Notes under the pieces: generated by a model | Databases searched by the model: none | Seen by the model: only the letters and a program-made list of their open reading frames with translations | What the model was told of the DNA's origin: nothing | In this document: positions 18,604 through 28,459 of the stretch, in pieces | How positions within the stretch are numbered: the first letter of the stretch is position 1 | How the letters are laid out: each line of letters begins with the position of its first letter | DNA from: a virus | Taxonomy: Duplodnaviria > Heunggongvirae > Uroviricota > Caudoviricetes | Strand: one strand, 5' to 3' | Length of the DNA stretch: 64,000 nucleotides | IMG/VR virus record: IMGVR_UViG_3300020577_006051 | Coordinates: 26,245 to 90,244 of that record | Translations under genes and position numbers: made by a program

Positions 18604-19077
18604 TTGGGTAGACAAGGGGTAAATATGAGTCAAGTAATCGTTCACGTTTATGATCGTCATGGACATATGCAGAACAAAGAGCAACGTAAAAGTACAGCTT
18701 TACATGCAGCGACTCGTTATACACTTGTTATGGAAGATCTACCTACGTACCAAGAAGCAATCGAGATGATCACCAGCGACTACTTCCATCTAGAAGTATC
18801 AGCAGGACTGTCATTGGTTCACTGGAAAGATGAGTTCTGTCGCAAGATTGGCGTTGATACAGCTATTCAGAACATGAACTCTCATATGTTTGTAGTAAGT
18901 AGCTTTGAAGTATTACCAGATCGAGTTATCTTACGTCTCCTAGTAGAAGAAGGCGAGTACTACGATAGCTTCATCTCCCTAGAGATCAACAAACAAGATA
19001 AACCATTCATTAACTATGATGGCATGCCGTATGACGGTCGTGTGCTTGCAAAGGCTTTGAAAGCAAATGAACTATAA
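18604..19077 (+). CDS. hypothetical protein
   Basis: 157-aa ORF. Confidence 0.5.
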   Translation: MGRQGVNMSQVIVHVYDRHGHMQNKEQRKSTALHAATRYTLVMEDLPTYQEAIEMITSDYFHLEVSAGLSLVHWKDEFCRKIGVDTAIQNMNSHMFVVSSFEVLPDRVILRLLVEEGEYYDSFISLEINKQDKPFINYDGMPYDGRVLAKALKANEL

Positions 19078-19205
19078 GAATTATAGTAATTGCCATAAGA
19101 CAAGTGCTGCATTTCTTAGGATGTTGGCTAGATTCGATATAAAAATCTATCTCTTAAGAAGAGAAAATCTTATAAATAGATGGATGTTTCATAGGGAAAA
19201 AGATT

Positions 19206-20078
19206 ATGCCGAAAATACTTATGTTGCGCGGATTGCCAGGTTCTGGAAAAAGCACTTTGGCAAGAAAACTAGTTGAAGAAAAGAGTTTTGTGAGGGTCAA
19301 TAAAGATGATCTTCGTGCTATGGCTCATAACTCTAAACATACTCCAAAACGTGAAGAATTCATTCTAACTCTGAGAGACATGATAATTTCTTCTGCCTTA
19401 GGTGAAGGTAAGAATGTGGTTGTAGATGATACAAACTTACACCCTAAACATGAGAAACGACTGCGTGAACTAGCAGATGCCCTTCACTGCGACTTTGAGG
19501 AAGACAATTCGTTGTTGCTAGTTCCAATCGAACAGTGTATAGAGCAAGATCTTAAGCGATTGAATTCTGTTGGTGAGCAGGTAATTCGTAAGATGCATAA
19601 AGAAGCTGTAAAGCATTATCCACACTTATTGCCTAAACCAGCTAAAGCACAACAACCTTATGTCGCAAAACCAGGCACACCAAAGACTATTATTTGTGAT
19701 TTAGATGGAACATTGGCATTGATGAATGGTAGAGATCCATTTGATGCTTCAACCTGTGAGAATGATTTGCTGAATAAGGTTGTGTACGACATAATCTCTG
19801 AATATCCACATAATGTCATATTTGTTAGTGGTCGAAGTGATAAATATAGAGAACAAACTAAACGTTGGTTAGGTAAATATGGTTTAGCTGGTTTTCCACT
19901 CTTTATGCGTAAAGAAAATGACTTTCGTAAAGATAGCATCGTGAAGCTTGAGATATTTGACAATCATATCCGAGACCATTACGATGTATCCTTTGTTCTA
20001 GACGATCGCAATCAAGTGGTTGAGATGTGGCGATCTCTAGGTTTAACTTGTTTGCAGGTTGCAGATGGAAATTTTTAA
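19206..20078 (+). CDS. pnk: polynucleotide 5'-kinase/3'-phosphatase (T4 PseT-like)
   Basis: Walker A GLPGSGKST; HAD motif ICDLDGTLA; C-terminus QVVEMWRSLGLTCLQVADGNF near-identical to T4 Pnk. Confidence 0.95.
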   Translation: MPKILMLRGLPGSGKSTLARKLVEEKSFVRVNKDDLRAMAHNSKHTPKREEFILTLRDMIISSALGEGKNVVVDDTNLHPKHEKRLRELADALHCDFEEDNSLLLVPIEQCIEQDLKRLNSVGEQVIRKMHKEAVKHYPHLLPKPAKAQQPYVAKPGTPKTIICDLDGTLALMNGRDPFDASTCENDLLNKVVYDIISEYPHNVIFVSGRSDKYREQTKRWLGKYGLAGFPLFMRKENDFRKDSIVKLEIFDNHIRDHYDVSFVLDDRNQVVEMWRSLGLTCLQVADGNF

Positions 20079-20289
20079 CTGCTTGGCATGTGATGGCGAT
20101 GGCATCTATAAGGTATTCCGCAACGAATGTTGTGGTAATTACAATGAAAACGGTAGTTGCTGTGGTTGGGAAGAGGAAATTGAATGCTATGAGAATTGTA
20201 GAGCTTGCAATGGTACAGGCACTAATCTTACCTATCAAAACTTAAGAATTTTTATGAAGAAGATTTTACTAAAACGGAGACTGAAATGA
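20059..20289 (+). CDS. DnaJ-type zinc-finger mini-protein
   Basis: two CxxCxGxG units (CLACDGDG, CRACNGTG) plus extra Cys pairs. Confidence 0.5.
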   Translation: MQMEIFNCLACDGDGIYKVFRNECCGNYNENGSCCGWEEEIECYENCRACNGTGTNLTYQNLRIFMKKILLKRRLK

Positions 20290-20504
20290 AACCAGAAACA
20301 CAAGACATCTTGGAAGAATTAGATCGCCGTTACGGCATTGCTTTATATGGCTTTACCAAAGAAGACTTGGAAAACATTAAATCTATGATTGATTTAGTGA
20401 TGGTGCTAGATGGTGATACTGTTGAAAACGAATCTGACATGGAAGAACTTCAAGGATATCAATACGGCGATGGTTCGCTTGTCGAATTCGATAATATCGA
20501 CTAA
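20286..20504 (+). CDS. hypothetical acidic protein
   Basis: 72-aa ORF. Confidence 0.45.
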   Translation: MKPETQDILEELDRRYGIALYGFTKEDLENIKSMIDLVMVLDGDTVENESDMEELQGYQYGDGSLVEFDNID

Positions 20505-20513
20505 GGAGTTGCT

Positions 20514-20774
20514 ATGTACGGTGTTTATGTGATCAATGCTGAAGGTTACGGTCGCTTAGTATTCGACGATAAAGACGAAGATCGTGCATTCTTAAATGCT
20601 TACAATAACATTGTCGTTCAGAAAGAGTTATACGCTATCGTTCAACTTGAATACCTTCCTGCCAGCATCTCCCATCTTGACATGCTTCGTTTGGCTGGTC
20701 AACGCAAAGCTCAGTATCTGATTAAAGAGCTAAGAGAAGCACGTAACGGTCCATTAAAATTCAAACCGAAATAA
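20514..20774 (+). CDS. hypothetical protein
   Basis: 86-aa ORF with AAGGAG SD. Confidence 0.5.
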   Translation: MYGVYVINAEGYGRLVFDDKDEDRAFLNAYNNIVVQKELYAIVQLEYLPASISHLDMLRLAGQRKAQYLIKELREARNGPLKFKPK

Positions 20775-20800
20775 ACATAAGGTATTGGAGGTTATGGATT

Positions 20801-20992
20801 ATGATGACTTGTTACTTCTGTAAGAAACAATATTCTAAGACAGTTACAGAGCGACTTAATAGCAAATCGAACGTAACTGTTTGTCAAGATTGTCGTAAAA
20901 AGATTGCAGATAAGAAAAATAGCAAAGAGAATGATATTGAGGCTATCTATGCTTACAGTCAGACAGCAAGAACTCGAGGAGTATCTCGCTAA
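20801..20992 (+). CDS. small zinc-ribbon protein
   Basis: CYFC ... CQDC. Confidence 0.4.
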   Translation: MMTCYFCKKQYSKTVTERLNSKSNVTVCQDCRKKIADKKNSKENDIEAIYAYSQTARTRGVSR

Positions 20993-21052
20993 GAATGTTC
21001 ACCAGGACAACTTGGTATTCTTGTTGGGTAAATTTAATATAGTTGAATTACC

Positions 21053-21436
21053 ATGGTTATCATGGCAATGGAAAACAAAGGATTAAATATGGTTTGGGTA
21101 GCATTAACAATCGCAGTTATCTCTTTATTCTGTAACTATCTATTATTAAAAGTGATTAGGTCTTTTCAAGAAGACTACAATCATCTACATGTCAAGACTC
21201 GCCATATCGAAGACACGAATTTTCAGAGCATGGTTGACAACACTAAACACACCAATGTTCGCTGTGATGCTCTAGCTAAGAAAATTGAAGAACTTAGAAT
21301 TGAAGTAATGAATCTACCAGGCCACAACTACATGAAACTAGTAGATTCTAAAGTAACAGAACTTCTAAAAGGTTTAGAAGCAAAGCAAATTAAACAAAAA
21401 CCTTTAGTGAAGACAACTAAAAAGAAAAAGAAATGA
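21053..21436 (+). CDS. membrane-anchored coiled-coil protein
   Basis: N-terminal TM then charged helix, KKKKK tail. Confidence 0.45.
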   Translation: MVIMAMENKGLNMVWVALTIAVISLFCNYLLLKVIRSFQEDYNHLHVKTRHIEDTNFQSMVDNTKHTNVRCDALAKKIEELRIEVMNLPGHNYMKLVDSKVTELLKGLEAKQIKQKPLVKTTKKKKK

Positions 21437-21765
21437 TTAAGTTTGATCATAAAATTTCTTCTAGAAGACCATGGGATGACGAGAATACAGAAACTGTCGT
21501 CACATTTAACGTTCCTGACCCAATAACTAAATCAAATTTCTTTGATTCTGTTAGCGACTTACATTATTATTTCGATGAGATGGTTGCAGTTAGATACGAA
21601 ATTAATACACGCAGAATCAATTATAAGATGGTATTAATGCCATGTCCAATTACAGGCTATTTACTGTTCTCTCCAGTAGAAGAATCAGATTCTTGGACAT
21701 TTGATACAGAAGAAGTTAATAGAGCTTATCAGAATTATTTATTTGAAGAAAGGTTTTTAAGATGA
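21433..21765 (+). CDS. hypothetical protein
   Basis: 110-aa ORF, ATGA-coupled. Confidence 0.5.
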   Translation: MIKFDHKISSRRPWDDENTETVVTFNVPDPITKSNFFDSVSDLHYYFDEMVAVRYEINTRRINYKMVLMPCPITGYLLFSPVEESDSWTFDTEEVNRAYQNYLFEERFLR

Positions 21766-22100
21766 ACATTGAAGGTGCATTAATTTTTGTTGCGGTTATG
21801 GTTGGTGTTATTTTTTTTATCTGGGGTATTTCACCAAAACAAAAGCCAGAACCTAAACTAGAACGTAAGTACAAACAGATGAAAGTCAAGATCGTCGATG
21901 AAACGGGCAGACATCATGTCCTAACAAAAAAACCTACATTTATGCATACGGAGTACGGTACTTTTGTTAGTGAACCATCGCCATCTTCTTTTATTGAAAA
22001 GAATCAACACTTCGTTAAAGTAGACGAAAAGACATATCTTCCTCGTGAGCGTATCATATCAATTGACTTCGAGATGGAGGACTACAATGAGTCTACATGA
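21762..22100 (+). CDS. membrane-anchored hypothetical protein
   Basis: N-terminal TM helix. Confidence 0.5.
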   Translation: MNIEGALIFVAVMVGVIFFIWGISPKQKPEPKLERKYKQMKVKIVDETGRHHVLTKKPTFMHTEYGTFVSEPSPSSFIEKNQHFVKVDEKTYLPRERIISIDFEMEDYNEST

Positions 22101-22220
22101 TGATAGAAAGTATGCAAACAAAGCTTATAGTTTGGCTTGGTTCTTGAACTGGATTGGTTCTATCTCTAAAGAAACTAGAGAAGAAGTATTCAATATAGCA
22201 ATTCATAAGGTAAAGAAGTT

Positions 22221-22433
22221 ATGAGCGATATTAAACGATACAGAGACTTACTACAACGACGTCATATAAGACATTGGTTCTCTTTTAAGATTGGTAGCAC
22301 TATGTGGTTCAGTGCCAGTAATCAGTATGGTATCGGTCGCCATGTGAATGTGCTAAGCGATGATTGGACATTAACTACATTTTCGTTTGGGCCATTTCAA
22401 CTGTTTAAGTTAAAAGAATTCAGCGATGAGTAA
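22221..22433 (+). CDS. hypothetical protein
   Basis: 70-aa ORF. Confidence 0.4.
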   Translation: MSDIKRYRDLLQRRHIRHWFSFKIGSTMWFSASNQYGIGRHVNVLSDDWTLTTFSFGPFQLFKLKEFSDE

Positions 22434-22752
22434 TCCTAATGTTTGGTTTGGCCAACACGACTGGATGTTTGTTACCTCTTGCAAAAGAGAATGTCGCATC
22501 TTTGTAACAGCAGAAGCTGGCGGTCCTGCACATAAAGGTGGAATGAAGATCGGTATAGGTAAGCCATGGATTAAGTTTGACGACGAAAAGGACTGGTATC
22601 CTTTGGATAGATATTCTATGAGACATGTAGATATCAGTAAAATGACAAAGTGGCAACTCATATTTGACAAAGGTAATTGCCATCAGTGGCATAGTTTACA
22701 TAATATGCTATACAGATTAGAGATAGCAGCTTCTGTTATACCATACGGGTGA
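22426..22752 (+). CDS. hypothetical protein
   Basis: 108-aa ORF; preferred over overlapping minus-strand ORFs. Confidence 0.45.
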   Translation: MSNPNVWFGQHDWMFVTSCKRECRIFVTAEAGGPAHKGGMKIGIGKPWIKFDDEKDWYPLDRYSMRHVDISKMTKWQLIFDKGNCHQWHSLHNMLYRLEIAASVIPYG

Positions 22753-22755
22753 AAC

Positions 22756-23016
22756 ATGATTGACTATTGGGATGAGGACAACTACTACGCTACGCCAGAC
22801 TACGATGATGCATACGAGTTTAGAGGTAAAACCAAGGCTCAACTTGAAGAAGAGATGAAAGCTAAAGTCTTAAAAGAACAAGAAGAACGTCTTGAACGAG
22901 CGCGTATCAGATTGGAGTACGAAAAGATGTTGCTTGGCTACAACTTAAAGAAACGTGACAGAGAGTACAAAACAGAGTACGAACGTTACTGTGCTCGATT
23001 GGCAAAGGCTTATTGA
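22756..23016 (+). CDS. hypothetical charged helical protein
   Basis: 86-aa ORF. Confidence 0.5.
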   Translation: MIDYWDEDNYYATPDYDDAYEFRGKTKAQLEEEMKAKVLKEQEERLERARIRLEYEKMLLGYNLKKRDREYKTEYERYCARLAKAY

Positions 23017-23139
23017 TGGATACTGTTGATAAAACATTGCTGGAAATGAATAGGTATAACGATCTTAAGTTTTTGTTGTTGAGATTATTAGGGTATCCAC
23101 AAACCAGTGATACTTATTTTGAGGTTAATAGGAGATTAC

Positions 23140-23394
23140 ATGACCAACTTGGTGTGTTTCCGGCACTCCGCGTCAGATACAAGAAAGTGGGCAACCGCAT
23201 GCACATCATGCGCGCAAGTGTTGGCTGCTAATGGCGAAACAGTTACAGACTCTCGTAAGTCTCCAGAATACTCTTACCAACCAGAACCAGATATCCCTTT
23301 AAACGAACGAATCGATCGTATTAAGAGTTCAATTAATAGAGTTAATCAGTTAATGGCAGAATTAAGAATGATGACACCATCGGCGGACAAATGA
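23140..23394 (+). CDS. hypothetical protein
   Basis: in frame with listed 23107..23394; ATG at 23140 follows an AGGAG SD. Confidence 0.4.
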   Translation: MTNLVCFRHSASDTRKWATACTSCAQVLAANGETVTDSRKSPEYSYQPEPDIPLNERIDRIKSSINRVNQLMAELRMMTPSADK

Positions 23395-23540
23395 ACTACA
23401 TAATTTCTCATATTATGGTCTGGGTTATCTGTATCATGCTAGCGTTCTTTAAGCTAAGCGACCCCATGAAGAGCGTCTTGGTTGCAGCTTTATCTATATC
23501 TTTTATTATGCAAACTTATTATCTGATTAAGGGAAAATGA
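23391..23540 (+). CDS. small membrane protein (49 aa)
   Basis: unlisted ORF MNYIISHIMVWVICIMLAFF..., ATGA-coupled on both sides. Confidence 0.4.
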   Translation: MNYIISHIMVWVICIMLAFFKLSDPMKSVLVAALSISFIMQTYYLIKGK

Positions 23541-23716
23541 TGAGCACAAAAGAAACCTATTATGGTAAGAGAGGTGTTAGATTTGATGACTTAACTGGTC
23601 AAAGATTTAATAGACTTACAATTATTTCTTTTGTAAAAATGAGCGCTCAACATAGGGCACAGTGGCTATGTAAATGTGATTGTGGTAAAGAGGTCAGAAT
23701 TTTTAGATTATGGTAG
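23537..23716 (+). pseudogene. truncated N-terminal remnant of a CxCDCG-family HNH homing endonuclease
   Basis: GQRFNRLTIISFVK...WLCKCDCGKEV matches the N-termini of 30395 and 52262, then stops after 59 aa with no HNH half. Confidence 0.6.
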
Positions 23717-23749
23717 AAAATATATATCAAAATATGTGGAGAAATTGCA

Positions 23750-24865
23750 ATGACTAATAAGTTTACAGTTAAAGTTGTTAAAATAGAATCAATTACAGAA
23801 ATCCCTGGTGCATTAAACTTAGAAATAGCCAATATTGCAGGTTGGCAGTGTGTAGTTAGAAAGAATTCACACCCTGTAGGAAGTCTAGCTATCTACATCC
23901 CAATTGATTCAGTGCTTCCCCATGAAGTAGAGTCCAAGTTGTTTGGACCTGACTCTAAAGTTAAATTACACAAGTCTCGTGTTAAGTCCATTAAGCTACG
24001 TGGTGCTGTGTCGCAGGGTATGTTAGCGCCATGCGAAGAGTTTAATGTTCCTGCTGAGGAAGGTTATGATTGCACTGAAGAACTTAAGATCACTAAGTAC
24101 GAACCACCTGAAGCTCCAGCAACTATGTCTGGTGGTCTACAAGTTAAGAAACTTAAGAAGAACCCACACTTCCCAGAATACGGTGGACTAGACAACTTCA
24201 AGAACTACCCTAAACTCTTTGAAGAAGGTGAGCAAGTTGTCATCACTGAGAAGATCCACGGAACAAACTTCCGTTGTGGTTGGGTTAAAGCTGCACCAGA
24301 TACTTTCTTCAAGCGAGTGCTACAATTCTTCCATTTATTACCTAAGTATGAGTTCGTGTATGGCTCAAATCGTGTTCAACTACAGAACAAGATGATCCAC
24401 AAAGGTTACTACGAGAAGAACGTTTATGCTGAAGCTGTTAAGAATTACAACCTTAAAGAGAACATGAAAGCATTCCCTGGAACACTCATCTATGGTGAGA
24501 TCTATGGTGATGGTATCCAGAAAGGATACAATTACGGTTGTGCTACTGGAGTACAGAAACTCGTTGCATTCGATGTGCACCAAGAAGATGATCAAGGCAA
24601 CAAGACATTCTTGAACCATGCTGTTGCTAAACGCTTCATCAAAGGTTTGGGCCTTGATATGGTTCCTGTACTTTATGAAGGTCCATACGATGCTAAAAAA
24701 GCTAAAGAATTGACTGTCGGTAATTCTGTTCTTGCCCCGACCCAAAAGGTGCGTGAAGGGGTTGTAATTCGCCCCGCTGAAGAAACTAAAGTATACATCG
24801 GTCGTAAAGTTTTGAAGTTAATTTCCGATGAATATCTGTTAGGAGACCAGTCGGACTTTCATTGA
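23750..24865 (+). CDS. ATP-dependent RNA ligase, Rnl2/Rnl5-like
   Basis: motif I TEKIHGTNF (same as T4 Rnl2 EKIHGTNF); ~165-aa N-terminal extension; no Rnl2 C-domain. Confidence 0.75.
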   Translation: MTNKFTVKVVKIESITEIPGALNLEIANIAGWQCVVRKNSHPVGSLAIYIPIDSVLPHEVESKLFGPDSKVKLHKSRVKSIKLRGAVSQGMLAPCEEFNVPAEEGYDCTEELKITKYEPPEAPATMSGGLQVKKLKKNPHFPEYGGLDNFKNYPKLFEEGEQVVITEKIHGTNFRCGWVKAAPDTFFKRVLQFFHLLPKYEFVYGSNRVQLQNKMIHKGYYEKNVYAEAVKNYNLKENMKAFPGTLIYGEIYGDGIQKGYNYGCATGVQKLVAFDVHQEDDQGNKTFLNHAVAKRFIKGLGLDMVPVLYEGPYDAKKAKELTVGNSVLAPTQKVREGVVIRPAEETKVYIGRKVLKLISDEYLLGDQSDFH

Positions 24866-24873
24866 GGTTGAAA

Positions 24874-25197
24874 ATGGCCAAACTAGCAATACCGAAGGGT
24901 AAGAAAGTTAAAGCTCCGTTGCGTGAACCAGATATGATTTCTAAACGTGGAGTTCCATATTTCTTTGCTCCTGAATGGGTCAGAATAACCAACGGCACAG
25001 TCAACCGTATTGCCCCTATCAAGAATAAGAACAATTCAGTTGATCTACATTCCGTATCTAAGGATGGCAACGTTCTTTATATCCAGGGCTCCATCCAAGT
25101 TGAGTTTCATACCTGGCATCAAGATAATCTGATCGACTGTATCTTGTTAGGTATGGACGAAGAAGAACTATTGGATACAAACTGGGAGTACGAATGA
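24874..25197 (+). CDS. hypothetical protein
   Basis: in frame with listed 24862..25197; ATG at 24874 has a GAGG SD. Confidence 0.5.
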   Translation: MAKLAIPKGKKVKAPLREPDMISKRGVPYFFAPEWVRITNGTVNRIAPIKNKNNSVDLHSVSKDGNVLYIQGSIQVEFHTWHQDNLIDCILLGMDEEELLDTNWEYE

Positions 25198-25688
25198 AAG
25201 GCAATATCTCCATCTCTGTTAGTTTGTTGAAGCAACTAAAAGCATTCGACATTGATCCTAATGAAGCAATTATTGGTTTCTTTTATATGGCACAGAAAAT
25301 GTTGTCGTGTCCAGGTAATTATAGAGAAGCTTATCAAAAAGCCAACGACGATCGAATTCACGTCCTCAGAGACTATTATCCAAATACTAAGTTCATGTTT
25401 AAGATGACTATTGTTAAGTTTGAGTACGAAGATTATAGTGAAGATGTTTCTATGACCAAACAAGGTTGCAATATTAAAGTTCGTTCTATTGATGCTGATT
25501 CTATCTCTAAATGGGGCTACAAGAAGAAAGGTGGCGCTCTTAAATTTGACATAGCAGACTTATCTAAAAAACTAGGCGACATGTCAGATGGAATGTTGTT
25601 GGAAAACAATTTCACTAAACTAAACTTATTACCTAAAGATTTTAAGATCAAGGCTCCCATGCGCATGTTCCCTAAGGGTTACAAGTAA
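25194..25688 (+). CDS. hypothetical protein
   Basis: 164-aa ORF, ATGA-coupled. Confidence 0.5.
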   Translation: MKGNISISVSLLKQLKAFDIDPNEAIIGFFYMAQKMLSCPGNYREAYQKANDDRIHVLRDYYPNTKFMFKMTIVKFEYEDYSEDVSMTKQGCNIKVRSIDADSISKWGYKKKGGALKFDIADLSKKLGDMSDGMLLENNFTKLNLLPKDFKIKAPMRMFPKGYK

Positions 25689-25724
25689 CCCGATTCAATA
25701 TAGTAATGTTCATAAGGAGGATCT

Positions 25725-25928
25725 ATGACAGTTATCGCTGTTGATTTTACAAAGAAAGCTAAGAAAAAAGAAGAAACACAAGATGATATCTTAGACCCTG
25801 TAAAGACAGAAACAGTAGAAACCTCATTCGAAGAAATTGCTCGTAAAAACAAAGAGCGCGCTGATCGCAAAGAAGAAGAGCGAAAGAAGGCAAACAAAGA
25901 TGTCCTCAGATCTTACAGAATTAAGTAA
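25725..25928 (+). CDS. hypothetical K/E-rich protein
   Basis: 67-aa ORF with AGGAGG SD. Confidence 0.45.
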   Translation: MTVIAVDFTKKAKKKEETQDDILDPVKTETVETSFEEIARKNKERADRKEEERKKANKDVLRSYRIK

Positions 25929-26056
25929 CATTGACATAATGATCTTTAGAAATTCTGTAATAACTAGTTTCTTAGTTAAGTTGCAGGTCGTAAAGTATGT
26001 CATGATACCGTCACCGTACCCAATTCGTGGCTTTGTTAGTGAAATTAGAGGCTACT

Positions 26057-26233
26057 ATGAAAGCGATAGATAGTCCAGAGATGGATAAATTAGTTTATCT
26101 ATTAAAATGTTTAGACATTAAAGCAACTAGAAATGTATTTATCTTGAACGGCACATCGTACGTAGCTCCTCGTTTTTATATGAATCAATCAACGTACGAT
26201 AGCTTAGTTAAAGCTTTTGGGAAAACAAAATGA
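26057..26233 (+). CDS. hypothetical protein
   Basis: in frame with listed 26027..26233; ATG at 26057. Confidence 0.4.
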   Translation: MKAIDSPEMDKLVYLLKCLDIKATRNVFILNGTSYVAPRFYMNQSTYDSLVKAFGKTK

Positions 26234-26460
26234 AAATTATTATGTTAGCTGTTTATGCTTTTGCTTTTATAGTTTTCGCTCTATCTAACAAAGGATTCTT
26301 TGCCTTTGTAGCGTTCATGTTGTTCCTAATGGTTGGAACACTAATTGGTACTTTAGGTGGTAAGAATAAGTCAACTGAAGATAATAATCGTGACTCGCAA
26401 AATCTAGAAGATCTGGCTACGATTGAACGAGCAAGATACTTCAGAAAGCCCTTAAACTGA
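26230..26460 (+). CDS. small membrane protein
   Basis: two TM helices. Confidence 0.45.
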   Translation: MKIIMLAVYAFAFIVFALSNKGFFAFVAFMLFLMVGTLIGTLGGKNKSTEDNNRDSQNLEDLATIERARYFRKPLN

Positions 26461-26593
26461 TGTTTAGATTAAATAATGATTTAAATAAATTGCTAGAAGA
26501 GATGAACGAAATTTCTAAAACAATAGATAAATCATTCAAGACATTAAAGTTGGTTCACTTTCTAAAGAAATTAAAATTAAAGGCACTTTACTA

Positions 26594-26785
26594 ATGTTCA
26601 GTCAACATTCGTTTAAACACTCATATGCTTGCAATAAAATCGATGAAGACATCGAAGATGAAAGGGCGAAGGCCAGATTAAAGAACTTTGTTACTTTGCT
26701 TATTCATGGTTATTATAAAAGGGTCGTATTTTCAACACAAATAGGCCCAAACGATCCGATTCAAATTATCTTTAAGAAAGACTGA
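26594..26785 (+). CDS. hypothetical protein
   Basis: 63-aa ORF. Confidence 0.35.
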   Translation: MFSQHSFKHSYACNKIDEDIEDERAKARLKNFVTLLIHGYYKRVVFSTQIGPNDPIQIIFKKD

Positions 26786-26809
26786 ACAAGTCGATCTTAG
26801 GAGGATTAA

Positions 26810-27529
26810 ATGTCTAAGTTTATCTCGATTCTTACCCACACGTCTATCGCAGCAGCAGTGGGATTTGGAGCATTCAAAGTAACCACTACTTACAACGGTC
26901 ATGCTAAGTCAGCAGAGATCTCCAAACTAGAGAACAATATCGCACTTCTAAAGTCTCAAGAGGAAGCAGATCGTCAGTTAGGTCAGTACGTGATCAACAT
27001 GATGTATCAAACATCTGCTGCAACTAAACTATCTGATGCTAAGAAACTCACTCTTGCTCGCTCAATCGTTCGCGTAGCTAACGATGTGTTCGAGACCACA
27101 GAGAACAAGAAGGCGTTCGTTGCACTATTAGCAATTGAGTCTGAGTTTCAACGCAATGCTCAAAGTCCTACAGGACCTAAAGGTCTCTCGCAGGTAGCCA
27201 AAGCTGCCTTCAAAGAAGGTCTCGAGAGTTGTGGGATCACGAATGTTAAGGAAGATGATGTTTGGGAAACAGACATCAATCTCTACGCAGGTGCGTGCTA
27301 CTTCCGCTCTTTACTTGATAAACATAATGGCGACCACTATATCGCGATCGTAGGTTATAACCAAGGTCCTTACAGCAAAGATGTTAAGTCATATGCTAAG
27401 CATGGCCGTGTTGAGAATGTAGAAGCTCTTAAGTATATCGCTCGCTTCACGTTCCTCAAACGCACAGTAACAGACGCTAAGAAACCTAATGTTGTGGCAA
27501 TGGATAAAGTAGAAGTTAAAGTTAAATGA
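26810..27529 (+). CDS. membrane-anchored lytic transglycosylase (SLT domain)
   Basis: N-terminal TM; LLAIESEFQRNAQSPTGPKGLSQV ... YNQG SLT motifs. Confidence 0.7.
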   Translation: MSKFISILTHTSIAAAVGFGAFKVTTTYNGHAKSAEISKLENNIALLKSQEEADRQLGQYVINMMYQTSAATKLSDAKKLTLARSIVRVANDVFETTENKKAFVALLAIESEFQRNAQSPTGPKGLSQVAKAAFKEGLESCGITNVKEDDVWETDINLYAGACYFRSLLDKHNGDHYIAIVGYNQGPYSKDVKSYAKHGRVENVEALKYIARFTFLKRTVTDAKKPNVVAMDKVEVKVK

Positions 27530-27696
27530 ATATATTTGAGATGACTACTCAAGATGAAATAGAGTTAAAAACATTCAGATTAACAGTTAACTTAAATAAG
27601 TTCTTGCAAAAACTTCAGTTAAAGACACAAGTGTACGGAAGTCCCAGCGGAAAAGGTCTCGAAGCTCTCCTAATGAAGGAGTATTTAAGGTTATGA
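27526..27696 (+). CDS. hypothetical small protein (56 aa)
   Basis: unlisted ORF ATGA-coupled to the SLT gene. Confidence 0.35.
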   Translation: MNIFEMTTQDEIELKTFRLTVNLNKFLQKLQLKTQVYGSPSGKGLEALLMKEYLRL

Positions 27697-27813
27697 AACA
27701 ATTCTATGTTGAATCTACAGATCTAGATGCATTTATTATCATTGGCCAAACATACCCATCTGCGACAATTGCTATTAAAAAACAGATTGGTAAAACAGTA
27801 GTAGTAACGGTTA

Positions 27814-28002
27814 TTGAAACATCAGATCTCGAGGACGAGAATGACTGACTTCACATCTGTTATGAACAGAGATCCTGGATCTCAGTGGATCTGGGAGCGC
27901 GATATCACAACCGTAAAACCAGAAGATAGTATGGGATGGGATATGGCATTCATTGATCTACTTCGTTACCAGATTATCTCTGGAAGATTAAAGGACACAT
28001 AA
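27814..28002 (+). CDS. hypothetical protein
   Basis: 62-aa ORF (probable start 27841). Confidence 0.4.
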   Translation: MKHQISRTRMTDFTSVMNRDPGSQWIWERDITTVKPEDSMGWDMAFIDLLRYQIISGRLKDT

Positions 28003-28003
28003 C

Positions 28004-28219
28004 ATGATTGGATTCATAGTTGGTTGTGCAATTGTAGCTTATCTATTTGGAGTCTTGATATCGTACGGTATATTAAAACCACTGGTATCGACGAAGAATG
28101 GTCCCATTATTGTTTATTTCTCATTCATTGGTCCAGTATTCTTATTAGGGTTTTTCATTGGGCTTCCATTGTGGGTGCTCATATCAACGATGTTTGGCAT
28201 AGAAAAGGTGCAATCATGA
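28004..28219 (+). CDS. small 2-TM membrane protein (holin-like topology)
   Basis: 71 aa, two hydrophobic helices. Confidence 0.45.
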   Translation: MIGFIVGCAIVAYLFGVLISYGILKPLVSTKNGPIIVYFSFIGPVFLLGFFIGLPLWVLISTMFGIEKVQS

Positions 28220-28458
28220 AAAGTTTAGTATTGGCTTTAGGCTTGTTATCCAGTGTAGCGTTTGCTCAAGTCGAAGTTCTTCCTACAGATAAGGAACAAA
28301 CTTGCGTTATCGTAGTTCGCGTTCTAACAGATGCTCAAGGCAAAATTAAAGCAACTGGACAACCAGGTTTAGACTGCGAAACATTTCGCGCTAAGTTGAA
28401 TCCAGCTCCAAAAGCTAAACCGACAGCTGTTCCACGCGTAGACAAATCGAAGCAGTAA
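28216..28458 (+). CDS. small secreted protein
   Basis: in frame with listed 28024..28458; ATG at 28216 gives signal peptide MKSLVLALGLLSSVAFAQ. Confidence 0.5.
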   Translation: MKSLVLALGLLSSVAFAQVEVLPTDKEQTCVIVVRVLTDAQGKIKATGQPGLDCETFRAKLNPAPKAKPTAVPRVDKSKQ

Positions 28459-28459
28459 T

